Positions 33,001-46,100 of a DNA stretch of 56,050 bases are shown here, in pieces (the first letter of the stretch is position 1; the number at the start of each line of letters is the position of its first letter). The DNA is from Gekko japonicus (taxonomy: Eukaryota): the NCBI RefSeq assembly GCF_001447785.1, contig NW_015174859.1, positions 699,808-755,857 on the forward strand, read 5' to 3'. The position numbers and the translations under genes were made by a program. The notes under the pieces are model-generated. The model had not been told where the DNA came from. It ran no database searches and was given only the letters and a program-made list of their open reading frames with translations.

Positions 33001-34855
33001 TAATACAGTCCAACACATTCTGCGTTAGTTGCCTTGTTTATTTCCTTCTCCATGTTGAGATCAGCCTCATGGGTTTGGTCAGGTGGCTAGCAGTACACCC
33101 TCCACACACGCACACTCACTTTTAAGTAACCCTTAGGGCTTAGTAATCTCCCCCATGGTGACTCTGTGGAAGAATTTTATTTCTTAGGTTATTTGACTCT
33201 GTGTCCTCTTTGATATTTAGCTCCACCACCTCCAACATGTCCTTCCCTTTCCTATCTGTTGAGCATTGTCCTTTAGCACCTAGCTCTCCAGCTCCTTCGT
33301 CTTGGCTTGGAGGCTTCTAGCACTGTCCTAGAGATGTCCGTATCTCATTTCCCTCTCTGAGGATCCCCACCTCCACCCACTCTTAGGGTTCCTCACACAG
33401 CCTTCCTTTGCTGGCCTAGTCTAATTCTCAGGACCTGTACTGTCAGAGGAGGTTTGGGGGGGGGGGCACATGATTGTTCTCTTGAAGTCTTTGAAGGGCT
33501 GTCCCTTAGAGGAGGGCAGGGAGCTGTTCCTGTTGGCGGCAGAGGACAGGGCTCGCAATAATGGGATTACATTAAGGGCGGGAAGGTACTGGCTGGATCT
33601 TTTTCTACAGTAAGAGTAGTTCAGCAGTGGAATCAGCTACCTGGGGAGGTGGTGAGCTTCCCCTCACTGGCAGTCTTTAAGCAGCATCTGGACAAACACT
33701 TGTCTGGGATAGGCAATGATTCTGCATTGAGCAGGGAGTTGGACTAGATGGCCTGTATGGCCCCTTCCAGCTCTGTGATTCTATGATTCTATCCCTTAGA
33801 AGAAGAAGAAGAAGAGTAGAGATTGGATTGATACCCCACCCTTCACTACTCAAAGGAGTCTCAGAACGTCTTACAAACTCCTTTCCCTTCCCCTCCCCAC
33901 AACAGGCACCCTGTGAGGTAGGTGGGGCTGAGAGAGCTCTGACAGAAACTGCTCTTTTTCAAGAACAGCTGTGCCAGAACTATGGCTTGCCCAAGGTCAT
34001 CCAGCAGGTGCAAATTTAGAGATGAGTCATCCCAAACCAGAGGTTCCCCAGTTCCTGTCAGTTTCCCCCAGGAGTGAGTTTGCCACCGTTTTGATATTCA
34101 GCGCCTGGCTCCCTTTCAGTTCACGTGAAGCCCATCTCTTCCGGACAGGTTTGGCTTGTCCCAGAAAGTTCCCTGGTGCCTAGCAAATCCTTCCTCGCAG
34201 TACAGCTTTCTTATCCACTCGTTGATACCCCTGATTTGAGCCTGCCCAGCTGGCCTTGTATGTGGAACAGATCAAAATTCTGAGAAGGCTGCCTTTGAGG
34301 TCCCGGACTAATCTCCTGCCAAGTAATTTAGATTTCTCTCTTTAAATCGCTGGCTGTCTTTTGGCTTTGTCGACAGAAGGCTTGTGTCTCACTTCTTCAC
34401 TGTCTCGCTCAGGGCTTCTTCATCGCATTGCGGCTCGTGGCCTGCGCACAGAGTGGCCATGATGTCAGCCTGAGCAGCCTAAATCTGGCTTTGCCACCTC
34501 CGAAATTTGTAAGTGTCTCTCTCTCTCTCTTTTTGGCTCTGTTTGTGAGGGGTGCAGCCCAGGTTTGTCTCCTGCAGCCATGTGACACGAGTGGCTGCAG
34601 CTGCTCGCAGGGACTGATGGGCCGGAGTGTTCTGTCTGTTTGCATTTCCAGCATGACAGTCCAAGCCCCTTGCAGATCTCTTCTTCATCGGACGCTCACT
34701 GGGCAGTCAGGGTAAGTTCCCAAGAGAACTACATTTCTGTGCGTGCCTCTGGAGTGGCTTCCTTGCTGGGCGCTGCTGTGGGACTTCTGTTGCTCACAGC
34801 AAAGGGGGATCCCTCTCCGTAGCTCAAGTTTTAACTGCATTGCAAGTGAAAATTG

Positions 34856-34891
<36 letters not shown>

Positions 34892-37076
34892 ATTTTAAGT
34901 TTTATGTTCTAATTAATTAATTAGTAGAAGTACCTGAGTGTGGTGGCTGCGCCATAAATAAATGAATGCCAGAAGAACATTCTGCACCTGATGACCAGTG
35001 TTTCCTCTAAACTGAGTTACTGTGAGCTAGCTTACGGTTTTTTTAGCTCACACATTTTTGTCTTAGCTCAGGAAGGGCGGCTCCAGAGCAAACCGATTTG
35101 TGCAGTAGCCAAATCGCTCGCTCACAGCTTTAATGCCAGTAGCTCACAAAGTAGAATTTTTGCTCACAAGACTCCACAGCTTAGAAGGAGCATTGCTGGT
35201 GACCTCAGGAGGAAACATTTTCCTGCCAGAGCACATTGTTGTGTTATTGTGGCACAATCTAACAAACACCTGTGGGGTTGAATCTGAGGGGCTAAACATC
35301 CTCCTCCTGGAACTTTGGACCTGCCATATAGTTTTATGATGTATGCCTAAGTCTGGTTGGCATTTATCCATTCCTTTAAAAATAAATCAATGGATCGTCT
35401 AGCTTTCACGGAAAACACTTGAGGTACAGTGTGCCCTTTCCAAGTGAGCTGTCTAGCTTACTTTTATTGAGTGCTGGGGGTGCGTGTGTGCACTCTTCTG
35501 GAGTTCTGTGGGCAGCTAGTTCTGTGGATCAATACATTTGACTTGGACTTCCTTGTCTTGTTTGTCTCCCAAGTTTGCAAAAAAGCTGCATTTGCTGGTG
35601 CTGTTTTCCTGGCACAGACCAAAGTGATTGTGATCCCCTTTAAAGCCCTAAATGAGGTCTTTAAAGGACTGCTTGTTTCCATATGAACCTGATAATCAGT
35701 TAAGATCTCTCAGAGGTGAGGGTAGGTTTCCCAGAGTCGGGGCCTTGTCTGAGGTAGCCCGTTGATGGTGCAAGTCCCTTCCTACAGATATTCTTCAGGC
35801 ACTTAACAACTTAAGCCTTGGGTTAAAAGAAGAGTTTTCTTCACCCTGGTTTTTGGCTGCTTTGTTGGTACTGCAGTATCAGGGCAATCCTAAGAACACT
35901 TTCTTGTGAGGAAGCCCCCCACTGAATGGACCTGAATAAGATTCTTAGTAGACCTGCTTAGGAATGATCTCTTAAGTGTGCCTGGAGATCTCCTCTCATC
36001 CCTCACCATGTCTCTGGTTTAGTTATTGCATCTTTTTTAAATCTTGCCTAGGTCATTGTTTGTTTTGTGGATGGTCATCAACTGACTGCCAACTTTTTTT
36101 AATGATGTGTGTTTTATTCTTAGCTGGTTCAGAAGCTTTGAGCTGAGCGGCGCCCTGCAGAAAGAGAGAGAGAGAGAGAGTGTGTAACTCTCCAGTTGTA
36201 ATCCAAGGGGAATAATTTTCTTATGAGGGTTTTATATAGGTTGACTTAAAAACTGGGCTCCAGGAAGATGCCTGCGCAAGCTCCTCTGAGCATTCACTCA
36301 GCTCAATTTTGAACTGATTCAGGCTGTTTCTTGCCCAACAGGTGGAAGAGAAAGCAAAGTTTGATGGCATTTTCGAAAGCCTTTTGCCTGTAAACGGTTT
36401 ACTTTCGGGAGACAAAGTGAAGCCAGTGTTAATGAACTCTAAACTACCTCTTGATATCCTTGGAAGGGTAAGACAAGCTCCTATATTCTCTTTTGTACTG
36501 TCTGGTTTGAGCATGGTGTGGATCTAGAGCCTGTTTGGCGTTGTAGCTGGAAGAGTGTCGGATTGTAGCTGGACAGATCCGTGTTCAAACCCTGCCTCTG
36601 CCGTGAAGCTTACTGGGTGAATGTGATGCTTCTGCCCTGGCTCCCAACCAGTGTTCCCTCTAAGCTGAGTTAGTGTGAGCTAGCTCACAGTTTTTTAGCC
36701 TCCAGCTCACACATTTTTGTCTTAGCTCAGGAAGGATGGCTCCAGAGCAAACTAATTTATGCAGTAGCCAAATCGCTCGCTCACCACTTGAATGCCAGTG
36801 GCTCACAAAGTAGAATTTTTGCTCACAAGACTCCACAGCTTAGAGGGAGCATTGCTCCCAACCTGCCACCTTCATTCCTTGCTCAGGCAAACAGCCCTCC
36901 AGCAAGTGAGAGAGGCCCAGCCCTGCTCAAACACTGGAGGAGAGGGGAGTCATTTTGGTGAGGGGACCCACTTGCCCCAGCAGGAAAAAAAGCTAACCTA
37001 CTTGAAACTTACAGATCCTAAGCAGATGATCTCCCCTTCTTGTTGGGAAATGTGTATGGTCATGCTTCCCCCATGG

Positions 37077-37113
<37 letters not shown>

Positions 37114-40100
37114 TGGAAGAGACAGCTCTTTTTCTGGGTCTCCCCCCATCCCCAGCATGTGTAAGAAGGTCTTAACCAATCTGGGCCTTGGGTTCTGGAA
37201 GCAACAACCCACCAGGATCAGCCAATCGAGACGTTGCTAATATATCAAAGAGATGTCATGTTGTCCAGAGTGGGGCAGTAAAAACTCTGGGTGGGAGGGT
37301 TTTCCTCCACTATCCCCAGTTTCAGTCCCATGTGGCTTGCGGAGTGGTGGTTTTCTCCCTGTGCTCATTAAAGAGTGCAGCAACTCCTTTTTTCTCTATG
37401 GTTTTGTTTTTACTTATTTATTTTTATTTATCATTTTGATTTGTGAATTGCTCTGTCCCTGAATACTCAGGGTTCTGAGCAATGAATAACAATGCTAAAA
37501 TATATCAGAATAAATTCAAGATAAAACAGTGAAGTGATTTAAAATAAACAGTTTACAGATGGCATTGTTTAGGTCTCAGCTGCATCACGGCTTCCTATAA
37601 ATACTGAAACAGAACTGGGAAGGGAAGGAGGGGGTCGATGGATGAAGGAAATGGAGTGCCAGCCACGATGGTACCCGTCACTGCCCTCAGCCGGAGCCCT
37701 GGCGGAACATCTGTGCTTTACAGGCCCTGCAGAACTTCATCAGATCCTCTTCTTATCTTCCCCTTATCTTGCCTCGGAGGCATGTTTTCAGAATCTCAAA
37801 TTCAAAAGGGTTGAAAATTAAGAGCAAACAGACGGTGAGCTGTGGGTAATGGCTACCAACCACCACTGGTCGTAGCTGGCCCCCCCCCCCCCCCCCCCGC
37901 CCCACCCCTCCCCCCCCCAACTGCAGAAAAGCCAAGAGTTGTGAAGCCGCCTGAAGGGGAAGCGGAGAACAGTAGGCTGACTTGGGTAAATGACCATCAG
38001 AGAGGACAAAAAGAGAGCCATTTGTTCCTCAAGACTGAATTTGGAGTGCCAGTACCAAATTCCATTAGTGTTAATCACACAAGTCAACCTGACACCAGCA
38101 GGAGAAGAGAATTTGATGAAAACTCTCTGGAGAGCTTTAGTAGCATGCCAGATCCACTGGATCCTACTACTGTGTCAAAAACATTCAAACCAGAAACAGG
38201 CAGTGATCTTTCTGTGTTTGAAGCTTTGAAAAACGCCATTTATTCTGAAGTAGCTACATTGATATCTCCAAACAAAGCTCGCCCTCATATTCTAATTGAG
38301 CTTTTTCATGCACTTCAGGGGCTAAATTCAGACTATTTGAGACACAGAGCACTGTATAGGTTACAGGATATAGTAGCCAGGCATCCATCTGAAGCCAACA
38401 CAAAAGCAGAATGTCCAAAACCTCTGAACTCAAAGGTGTGGTTAAGATCCAATTTAGAACTTACTCCCTGCGACAGACTTGCTACTACTGATGATGAGAC
38501 ATTAGTGAAGAGCTTTTACCCAGGAGGACCCTGCAGTGCATTAACCTGACGTTGTGTTCTCTTTAATGTTGATCAGAATACTGTTTTACGGTTTTCTTAT
38601 TGTTTTCATATGTTAATGTTAATTGACTTGAAAGGGCAAACCACAGCCCACATCCCGTGTGCAGACCACATCAATGGGGATCCAGGGAAGGACCCCACGA
38701 TTTGGTCTGGTGGGGGGTGTCATGATCTGGGCTGTGCCACCAGAGGCCTACTAGGCCCAGGGAGCTTGGCTACCAGTAGGTGAGGCTGGGCCTACAACTC
38801 CCAGAAGCCCCTAAGAGGTTTTGGAACCAAAATTGACCAATAGGAAAAGAGGAGGACTTGGAATAAAAGATCTGGAGCAGCAGGAAAAGCTGTTCTTCTT
38901 CCCAGAGGGCAGAGCCAGAAGGAAGGCTGCTGCAGGGAACATAAGAACATAAGAGATGCCAATGTTGGATCAGGCCAAAAGCCCATCCCGTCCAACACTC
39001 TGTATCACACAGTGGCCAGAAATACCAGTGCCATCAGGAGGTCCACCAGTGGGGCCAGGACATTAGAAGCCCTCCCACTGTTCACCCCCCCTCCAAGCAC
39101 CAAGAAGACAGAGCATCACTTGCCCTAGAGCCCCTATCTATACCTTGTGGCTAATAGCCACTGATGGACCTCTGCTCCATATGGGAAGAGACCCTCATCC
39201 TGAGGGAAGGGTGAGTAGTCTAGTGCCACTTGGAATAGTGGGCTTTTTGTTGTTCAGTCGCACAGTCGAGTCCGACTCTTTGCGACCTCATGGACCAGAT
39301 CAAGCCAGGCCTTCCTGTCTTCTGCCGTCCTCCGAAGTTTGCTCAATTTCATGTTTGTTGCATCTGTGACACTGTCTAACCATCTCATTCTTTGCTGTCC
39401 CCGTCTTCTTTGACCTTCAATCTTTCCCAGCATCAGGGTCTTCTCCAGTGAGTGCTCCCTTCTCATTTGGTGGCCAAAGTATTTGAGCTTCAGCTTCATT
39501 ATCTGGCCTTCCAGGGAACAGTCAGGGTTGATTTCTTTTAGGATTGACTGATTTGATCTTCTTGCAGTCCAAGGGACTCTCAAGAGTCTCCTCCAGCACC
39601 ATAGTTCAAAAGAATCTATTCTTCGGCACTCGGCCTTCCTTATAGTCCAACTCTCACAGCCATACATGACTACTGGGAATACCATTGCTTTGACCATGCG
39701 GACTTTTGTTGGCAGGGTGATGTCTCTACTTTTTATCATGCTGTTTAGGTTCGCCATCGCTTTCCTCCCAAGGAGCAGGCGTCTTTTAATTTCATGGCTG
39801 CTGTCACAGTCTGCGGTGATCTGGGCTCCCACTACTTCCACGACTCCCCCTTCTATTTGCCAAGGAGTGATGGGGCCGGATGCCATGATCTTAGTTTTTT
39901 TGATGTTGAGCTTCAAGCCCACTTTTGCGCTCTCCTCTTTTACTCTGAGCAAGAGGCTCTTTAGGTCCTCTTCACTTTCTGCCATTAGAGTGGTATCGTC
40001 TGCATATCTGAGGTTGTTGATCTTTTCCCCAGCAATCTTAATTCCGGTTTGTGATTCATCCAGGTCAACATTTCACATGATGTACTCTGCATATAAGTTA

Positions 40101-43100
40101 AATAAGCAAGGTGACAATATACATCCTTGTTGTACTCCTTTTCCTATGCTANNNNNNNNNNNNNNNNNNNNNNNNNNNNNNNNNNNNNNNNNNNNNNNNN
40201 NNNNNNNNNNNNNNNNNNNNNNNNNNNNNNNNNNNNNNNNNNNNNNNNNNNNNNNNNNNNNNNNNNNNNNNNNNNNNNNNNNNNNNNNNNNNNNNNNNNN
40301 NNNNNNNNNNNNNNNNNNNNNNNNNNNNNNNNNNNNNNNNNNNNNNNNNNNNNNNNNNNNNNNNNNNNNNNNNNNNNNNNNNNNNNNNNNNNNNNNNNNN
40401 NNNNNNNNNNNNNNNNNNNNNNNNNNNTCTTTTAAGACTTTGAATAGCTCAGCTGGAATACCATCACCTCCACTAGCTTTGTTGTTAGCAATGCTTTCTA
40501 AGGCCCATTTCACTTCACATTCCAGGATGTCTGGCTCGAGGTCAGTGATTATACCGTCATGGTTGTCAAGGACATTGAGGTCTTTCTTGTATAGTTCTGT
40601 GTATTCTTGCCATCTTTTCCTAATCTCTTCTGCTTCTGTTAGGTCCCTACCGTTTTTATCCTTTATCATGGCCAGCTTTGCATGGAACGTTTCCTTGATT
40701 TCTCTAATTTTCTTGAAGAGATCTCTAGTCCTTCCCATTCTATCGTTTTCCTCTTTTACTTTGCATTGTTTATTCAGGAAGGCCTCCTTATCTCTCCATG
40801 CTGTTCTCTGGAAATCTGCATTCAGTTGAGTAAATCTTTCCTTTTTGCCTTTGCCTTTCGCTTTCCTTCTTTCCTCTGCTATTTGTAAAGCCTCATCAGA
40901 CAGCCACTTTGCTTTGTTGCATTTCTTTTTCTTTGGGATGGTGGTGATTGCTGCCTCCTGTACAATGTCATGAACCTCCGTCCATAGTTTTTCAGGCACT
41001 CTTATCTATCAAATCTAGACCCTTGAATCTATTCTTCACCTCTACTGTATATTCATCAGGGATGCAATCTAGGTCAAACCTGAATGGCCTACTGGTTTTC
41101 CCCATTTTCTTCAGTTTAAGTCTGAATTTTGCAATGAGTAGCTCATGATCTGAGCCACAGTCAGCTCCAGGTCTTGTTTTTACTGACTGGATAGTGGGCT
41201 AGGGACAGTATATATTTAGACGTGTTAGGGCATTTGATTTATTTTCTTTTCACCTACTTACTGTTATATTTCTGCACCTTGTTGTTTGACCTCCTATATA
41301 ATAAACTATTTTCATTGTTCACTCTGCCTGGTCCTCACGCTTATTATTTGGCCAAAAGGGAGGTCTAAAGGCCTGGGAAGGTGCTCTGGGCCTTCTCAGA
41401 GGAGCCTGGAACCAGAGTGGTGGCAGCGTCAGGTCTGTAGCAGACTCAACCACAATACTGCTTGTCCTTCCTTCCCTTATCCTCACCCAGATACTTTCCA
41501 CAGGGCTGTTCCCCTCCCCCTCCAGTATTTCTTCACAAACCCTCTCTTTACATACAGCACCACTCCACCTCCTCTTCAACCCTTTTAATTTTTCTTGAAC
41601 AACTCATATCCATCCATTATTACATTCCCGTCCTGGGGGTCATCCCACCAAGTCTCCGTAATGCCTACTAAATCATATCCCCCATCGGCATTAGGAGCTC
41701 CCTCTCACTGGCAGTCTTTAGGCACCAGCTGGACAAACACTTGTCAGGGATGCTCCTAGTCCATAGGTTCCCAAACTTATTTGGCCAACCGCCAAAAGCC
41801 AGGACTCTTCTTTCTTTATATTTTCACTGCCCCCTTATTTGTATTCAACGCTCCCCAATTGCACCCAAGACTCCAACCACCTACCTGGATCATTCCAGCA
41901 CCCTCAGGGGGTGGTATTGTCCACTTTGGGAACTAGTGCGTCAAGTCTAATCCTGCATTGAGCAGGGGGTTGGACTAGATGGCCTGTATGGCCCCTTCCA
42001 ACTCTGTGATTCTATGATTCTAAGCTCAAGCTCTTCTTTCTTCTTGCACAAGCTTTGGGCATTTGTACGTAGACACCTGAAGCCCCACACTTTTGGCTCC
42101 ATTAAACCTTGCTCTTCTTTATTTAAATCCCTATCGTGGTCATCTCCTTCCCTTTACAGTGTCAGTTTCAAGCCCTCTTAATGAATCTCCCCAGGTTTCC
42201 ACCAAACACCTACTTCCCTAACCTTAACAGGTGAAGTCCATTGTGTGCTAATAGGTTGTTGTGCAGAAAATCTAGCCTGTGGTCCCAGAATCCAAATTGC
42301 TCCTGCTGGCACTACCAACGCATCCAGTAGTTTACCTCCATTATTGTCCGTTCCCATCATATTCCCCTTCCTATGACAAGAAGGATTGAGGAGAACTCCA
42401 CCTGTGCTCCAGTTCCCTTCAGCTTCCTCCTGATAGCTTCATAGTCACCCTTAAGACAGCCCGACTCTGGTTGGGAGGGCGGGGTAGAAATTCAATAAAT
42501 AAATAAATAAATGCCCAAATATAAATATAAACATTGTTTGCACAAATGTATACCCAGGCTTTTATGTTTTTATTGTCGTTTGTTTCTCTAGTGCAAGGTC
42601 AGCAATGTTCTATGATTAAGTAGCCAAGGTGCATGAAGATTCTCTTGGTGTAGTGGTTAGGAGGACTCTAATCTGGAGAACCGGGTTTGATTCCCCACTC
42701 CTTCTCCACATGAAGTCAGCTCCACCTACCTCACAGGGTGTCTGTTGTGGGGAGAGGAAGGGAAGGCAATTGTAAGCCGCTCTAAGACTCCTTCAGGTTG
42801 TGAAGGGTGGGGAATAAAACAAACTACTCCTCCTCCTCCTCCTCCTCCTCTCCTTTCCTTTAAGTCCCGCACCCATCTTTTGGCTGTCTTTCCCTTCACA
42901 TACTGGGTCTTGTGGCATCTCGCATAAAGGTAAAGGTAAAGGTTCCCTTGCTCGAAAGCCAGTCGAATCCGACTCTAGGGTTGCGGTGCTCATCTCCGTT
43001 TCAAAGCCGAAGAGCCAGCGCTGTCCGAAGACGTTTCCGTGGTTATGTGGCCGGCATGACTAAACACCAAGGCGAACGGAACGCTGTTACCTTCCCACCG

Positions 43101-46100
43101 AAGTGGTACCTATTTATCTACTTGCAATCTCGCATACACCTCCCTTAACTTAGAAGATCTATTTTTCTTCAAGAGTCACATTTGGCTCTGGAGCAGTGGG
43201 CTTGTTGCAGGCCCCCCCGTCTGCATTGGTGGTGTGGCCAGGTTAGGTGCGGCTGGGCTGGGCTGGGCTGGGCTGGAAATCCGACGTGTCTCACAGACTT
43301 GGTGGCGTCACTTGAGTTAGAAATTAGTGTCCTGCCTGAGAGTGTTCCTTCATAAATGAAATGTATTAAACACCTTAACTGTTGTCTGAATTCCTCTCCC
43401 TCTTTTTTGCGTCTTAATCCTTGCAGGTCTGGGATCTCAGTGATATTGACAAAGACGGTCATCTTGACAAAGACGAATTTGCCGTGGTAGGTTTTCAGGG
43501 TGCTCACCCTTTGACCCAGGGGGCTGTGCAGGGACTGCTGAGTGGTGGGATCTGCCTGAGTTCCCAACTGTGCAGGAGGGCCCATCTCCCCCCCCCCAGG
43601 CCTCCTCAGTGGATTTCACTTTTCCCAGGCCTCTGTCTTCTTCTACTGTCCCGTCCCATCTCCTGCTGCATCGCTGCCCCGGCCCCGTTCGTCCTTGGTG
43701 CTGCCTCGCTGCATGTTTCCCTCCTTGTTGCCCTCTGCAGATCTCTTTTCCCTCTGGGCCCTTTGCAGGCAATGCACCTGGTGTATCGCGCTCTCGAGAA
43801 GGAGCCTGTTCCCTCTGTGTTGCCCCCGCCTCTCGTCCCACCTTCCAAGCGAAAGAAGACGCCCGCCTTCCCTGGAGCAGTCCCTGTTCTTCCTGCTAGC
43901 CCTCCCCCCAAAGACAGCCTGCGCTCCACCCCCTCCCATGGCAGCGTAAACAGCCTGAACAGCACGGGGAGCCTGTCGCCCAAACACAGCCTCAAGCAAG
44001 CGCCGGTATGTGTGGACCCCGCGTGGGGGGGGGGGGTTGGGCTGAGTTGAGCCAAGCCCAGTTTTTTCCCAGCCTGGCAGTGGCTCTCGGGTCTGTGTAG
44101 GGCAGAAGTCTGGCCTGGTGCTGCTGCCTGAGAGCTTCTTTGAACAGGGATTGCTCTGTAAGCCGCCCACGGGTTCTGGTTCCGCCTCCCCATGTGGAGT
44201 TCAGGGGCTTTATTGGCAGAAGTCTAGGTGATGGGCAGCAGGCAGGTTCGTCTTCACTGATGTCTCGGGGGAACTGGGGGGGGGGAGTTCACCTACTGCC
44301 CCCTGTTAGTGAAATGCTGGCTTTTGCTAACATTTGGCGGTTGTTTCAGGCCCCTGCCGCCTGGGTGGTGCCCGTGTCCGACAAGGCCCGCTATGATGAC
44401 ATTTTCTTGAAAACAGACGTGGACCTGGATGGGTTTGTGAGTGGTCTGGAAGTGAAGGACATCTTCATGCACTCTGGTCTTTCTCAGAAGCTCTTAGCAC
44501 ACATATGGTAAAAATCTGTTCTCTTTTCTTTCCCAGTCAGAAGGTGTGATGTTGTTGGGCAGTGCTGGGTGTTAATTGAGCCATTGGTATTCCAGAGATT
44601 AGGGCGGGTGTGTGTGTCTCTCTGAGACAGTCCGGTCAGGTGCTTTTCTGCTTTCTGTAGAGTAAATTTGGGCTCAGGGGTGCAGTGTGGTAACACCAAT
44701 TTTCTGACAGGGCCTTGGCCGACACAAGGCAGATGGGGAAGCTCAGTAAAGACCAGTTTGCGCTCGCCATGTTTCTCATCCAGCAGAAGGTCAGTAAAGG
44801 CATCGATCCTCCACAGGTGTTGCTCCCAGAGATGATTCCTCCCTCAGAAAGGACCACTCCTGTACAGGTGAGCGGCCCTGCTCTTATTTGCTATTACAAA
44901 TAGCTGTTCCCATCCCTCTTGTAATGCTGCCTTGTAGCCCTTAGTTACCTTCCCCGGGATTCTTGTTCTGCTGGCAACTGATAGTTTAAAAAAAATGCTT
45001 CTTCCGATGTTATTGACCCTGAACGGTTTGTCCTCCTGTAACCCTGGTCAGTACTGGCAACAGGAGGCTGGCTTTCACAGCAGGCAACGCAGGATGTGCA
45101 TGGCATCTTCTTTCCTCCCCATCCTCTGGCACGTTCTGCCTTTCTGTCACCATGGTCCCTTTTGTCTTAAGGACTGATAGGCAGCAGCTTGGGGCCCAGG
45201 GGTTGAGACGCCAAGCCTGGCCAGGCAGATGCTTCCATTTACTCTTGTGCTTGTACCCTGTCCATCTCTTTCTCCTCACCGGGACATTTTCCTGGGCCCT
45301 TTCTCTGCAGTGTCTGAGCTGCTGCCCCTGTCCTTTTCCCTCTAGACTCTCTCAGGCTACTTGGCCTCTGTAGGACCTGAGATCTCGATGCTCGCAGAAA
45401 TGCGTCGTGTGAGTACCTGCAGCGCCCCGGGGATTGCAGCCTCCACTGCACACCACCCCAGCTTTCCGCAGCATGTCTCTTTATCTGTGTCTGCTTCTGC
45501 ATCCAGGGCAGCTTTAAAAGCAGTCACACTGAATTTTGTTCAGGCCACTTTTCTCTTTCCAGTGGCCAGTAGTCGATACCTTTTGGTTCAAGAATGCCAG
45601 TTTTGTGCTTGCATCCTGCTCTCTTGCTTTATTCACACATTGCTTTACGGTTCTGTTGTGCTGTCCTTTTGAGGCACGGAAGTCTCCCCATGGCTGGCTT
45701 CCCGAGTGTTATGCGAGACGCTGCAGTCCATTTCGCACGTGGGATAGGCCATAGGTTTTAATGCTGTTTGCAACCAGTCAGAATGTTGAGACTCCTGTGT
45801 AGATTTGGAAATGCCATTCTGGAGCTTGAAAGCAAGCTAATTTTGTGAGGCCAGGGAGGCTTCTGAATGATAAACTGTACCTCAGTAGGGTGTGCTGGTT
45901 TTTTACAGGACAGCTCAAGTTCCATCGGATCCGGGGAATATACTGGTGTGAAAGAGCTGGATGACATCAGCCAGGAGATCGCACAGCTGCAGAGGTTAGT
46001 GGTGTGGGAGGAGCAGCTCCCGGCTCACAAGTGTCACGCGCTTGTGCCATTTGTTTATAGAGCAGTTCTACAGCCGGTCATAACCTTTGTTCTCCCTTGC

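Noticed and set aside
37849-37875. ATG GCT ACC resembling the PCM1 start MAT
   Set aside because: Out of frame with the PCM1 fragment and stops after 8 codons.
36467-37927. In-frame EPS15L1-PCM1 fusion protein
   Set aside because: Phases are incompatible. Both candidate acceptors give an early stop from a phase-0 donor.
39666-40829. 387-aa ORF on +
   Set aside because: Antisense to BovB RT and inflated by the N gap.
43437-44193. Several antisense ORFs of 130-195 aa
   Set aside because: Shadows of GC-rich EPS15L1 exons 8-9.
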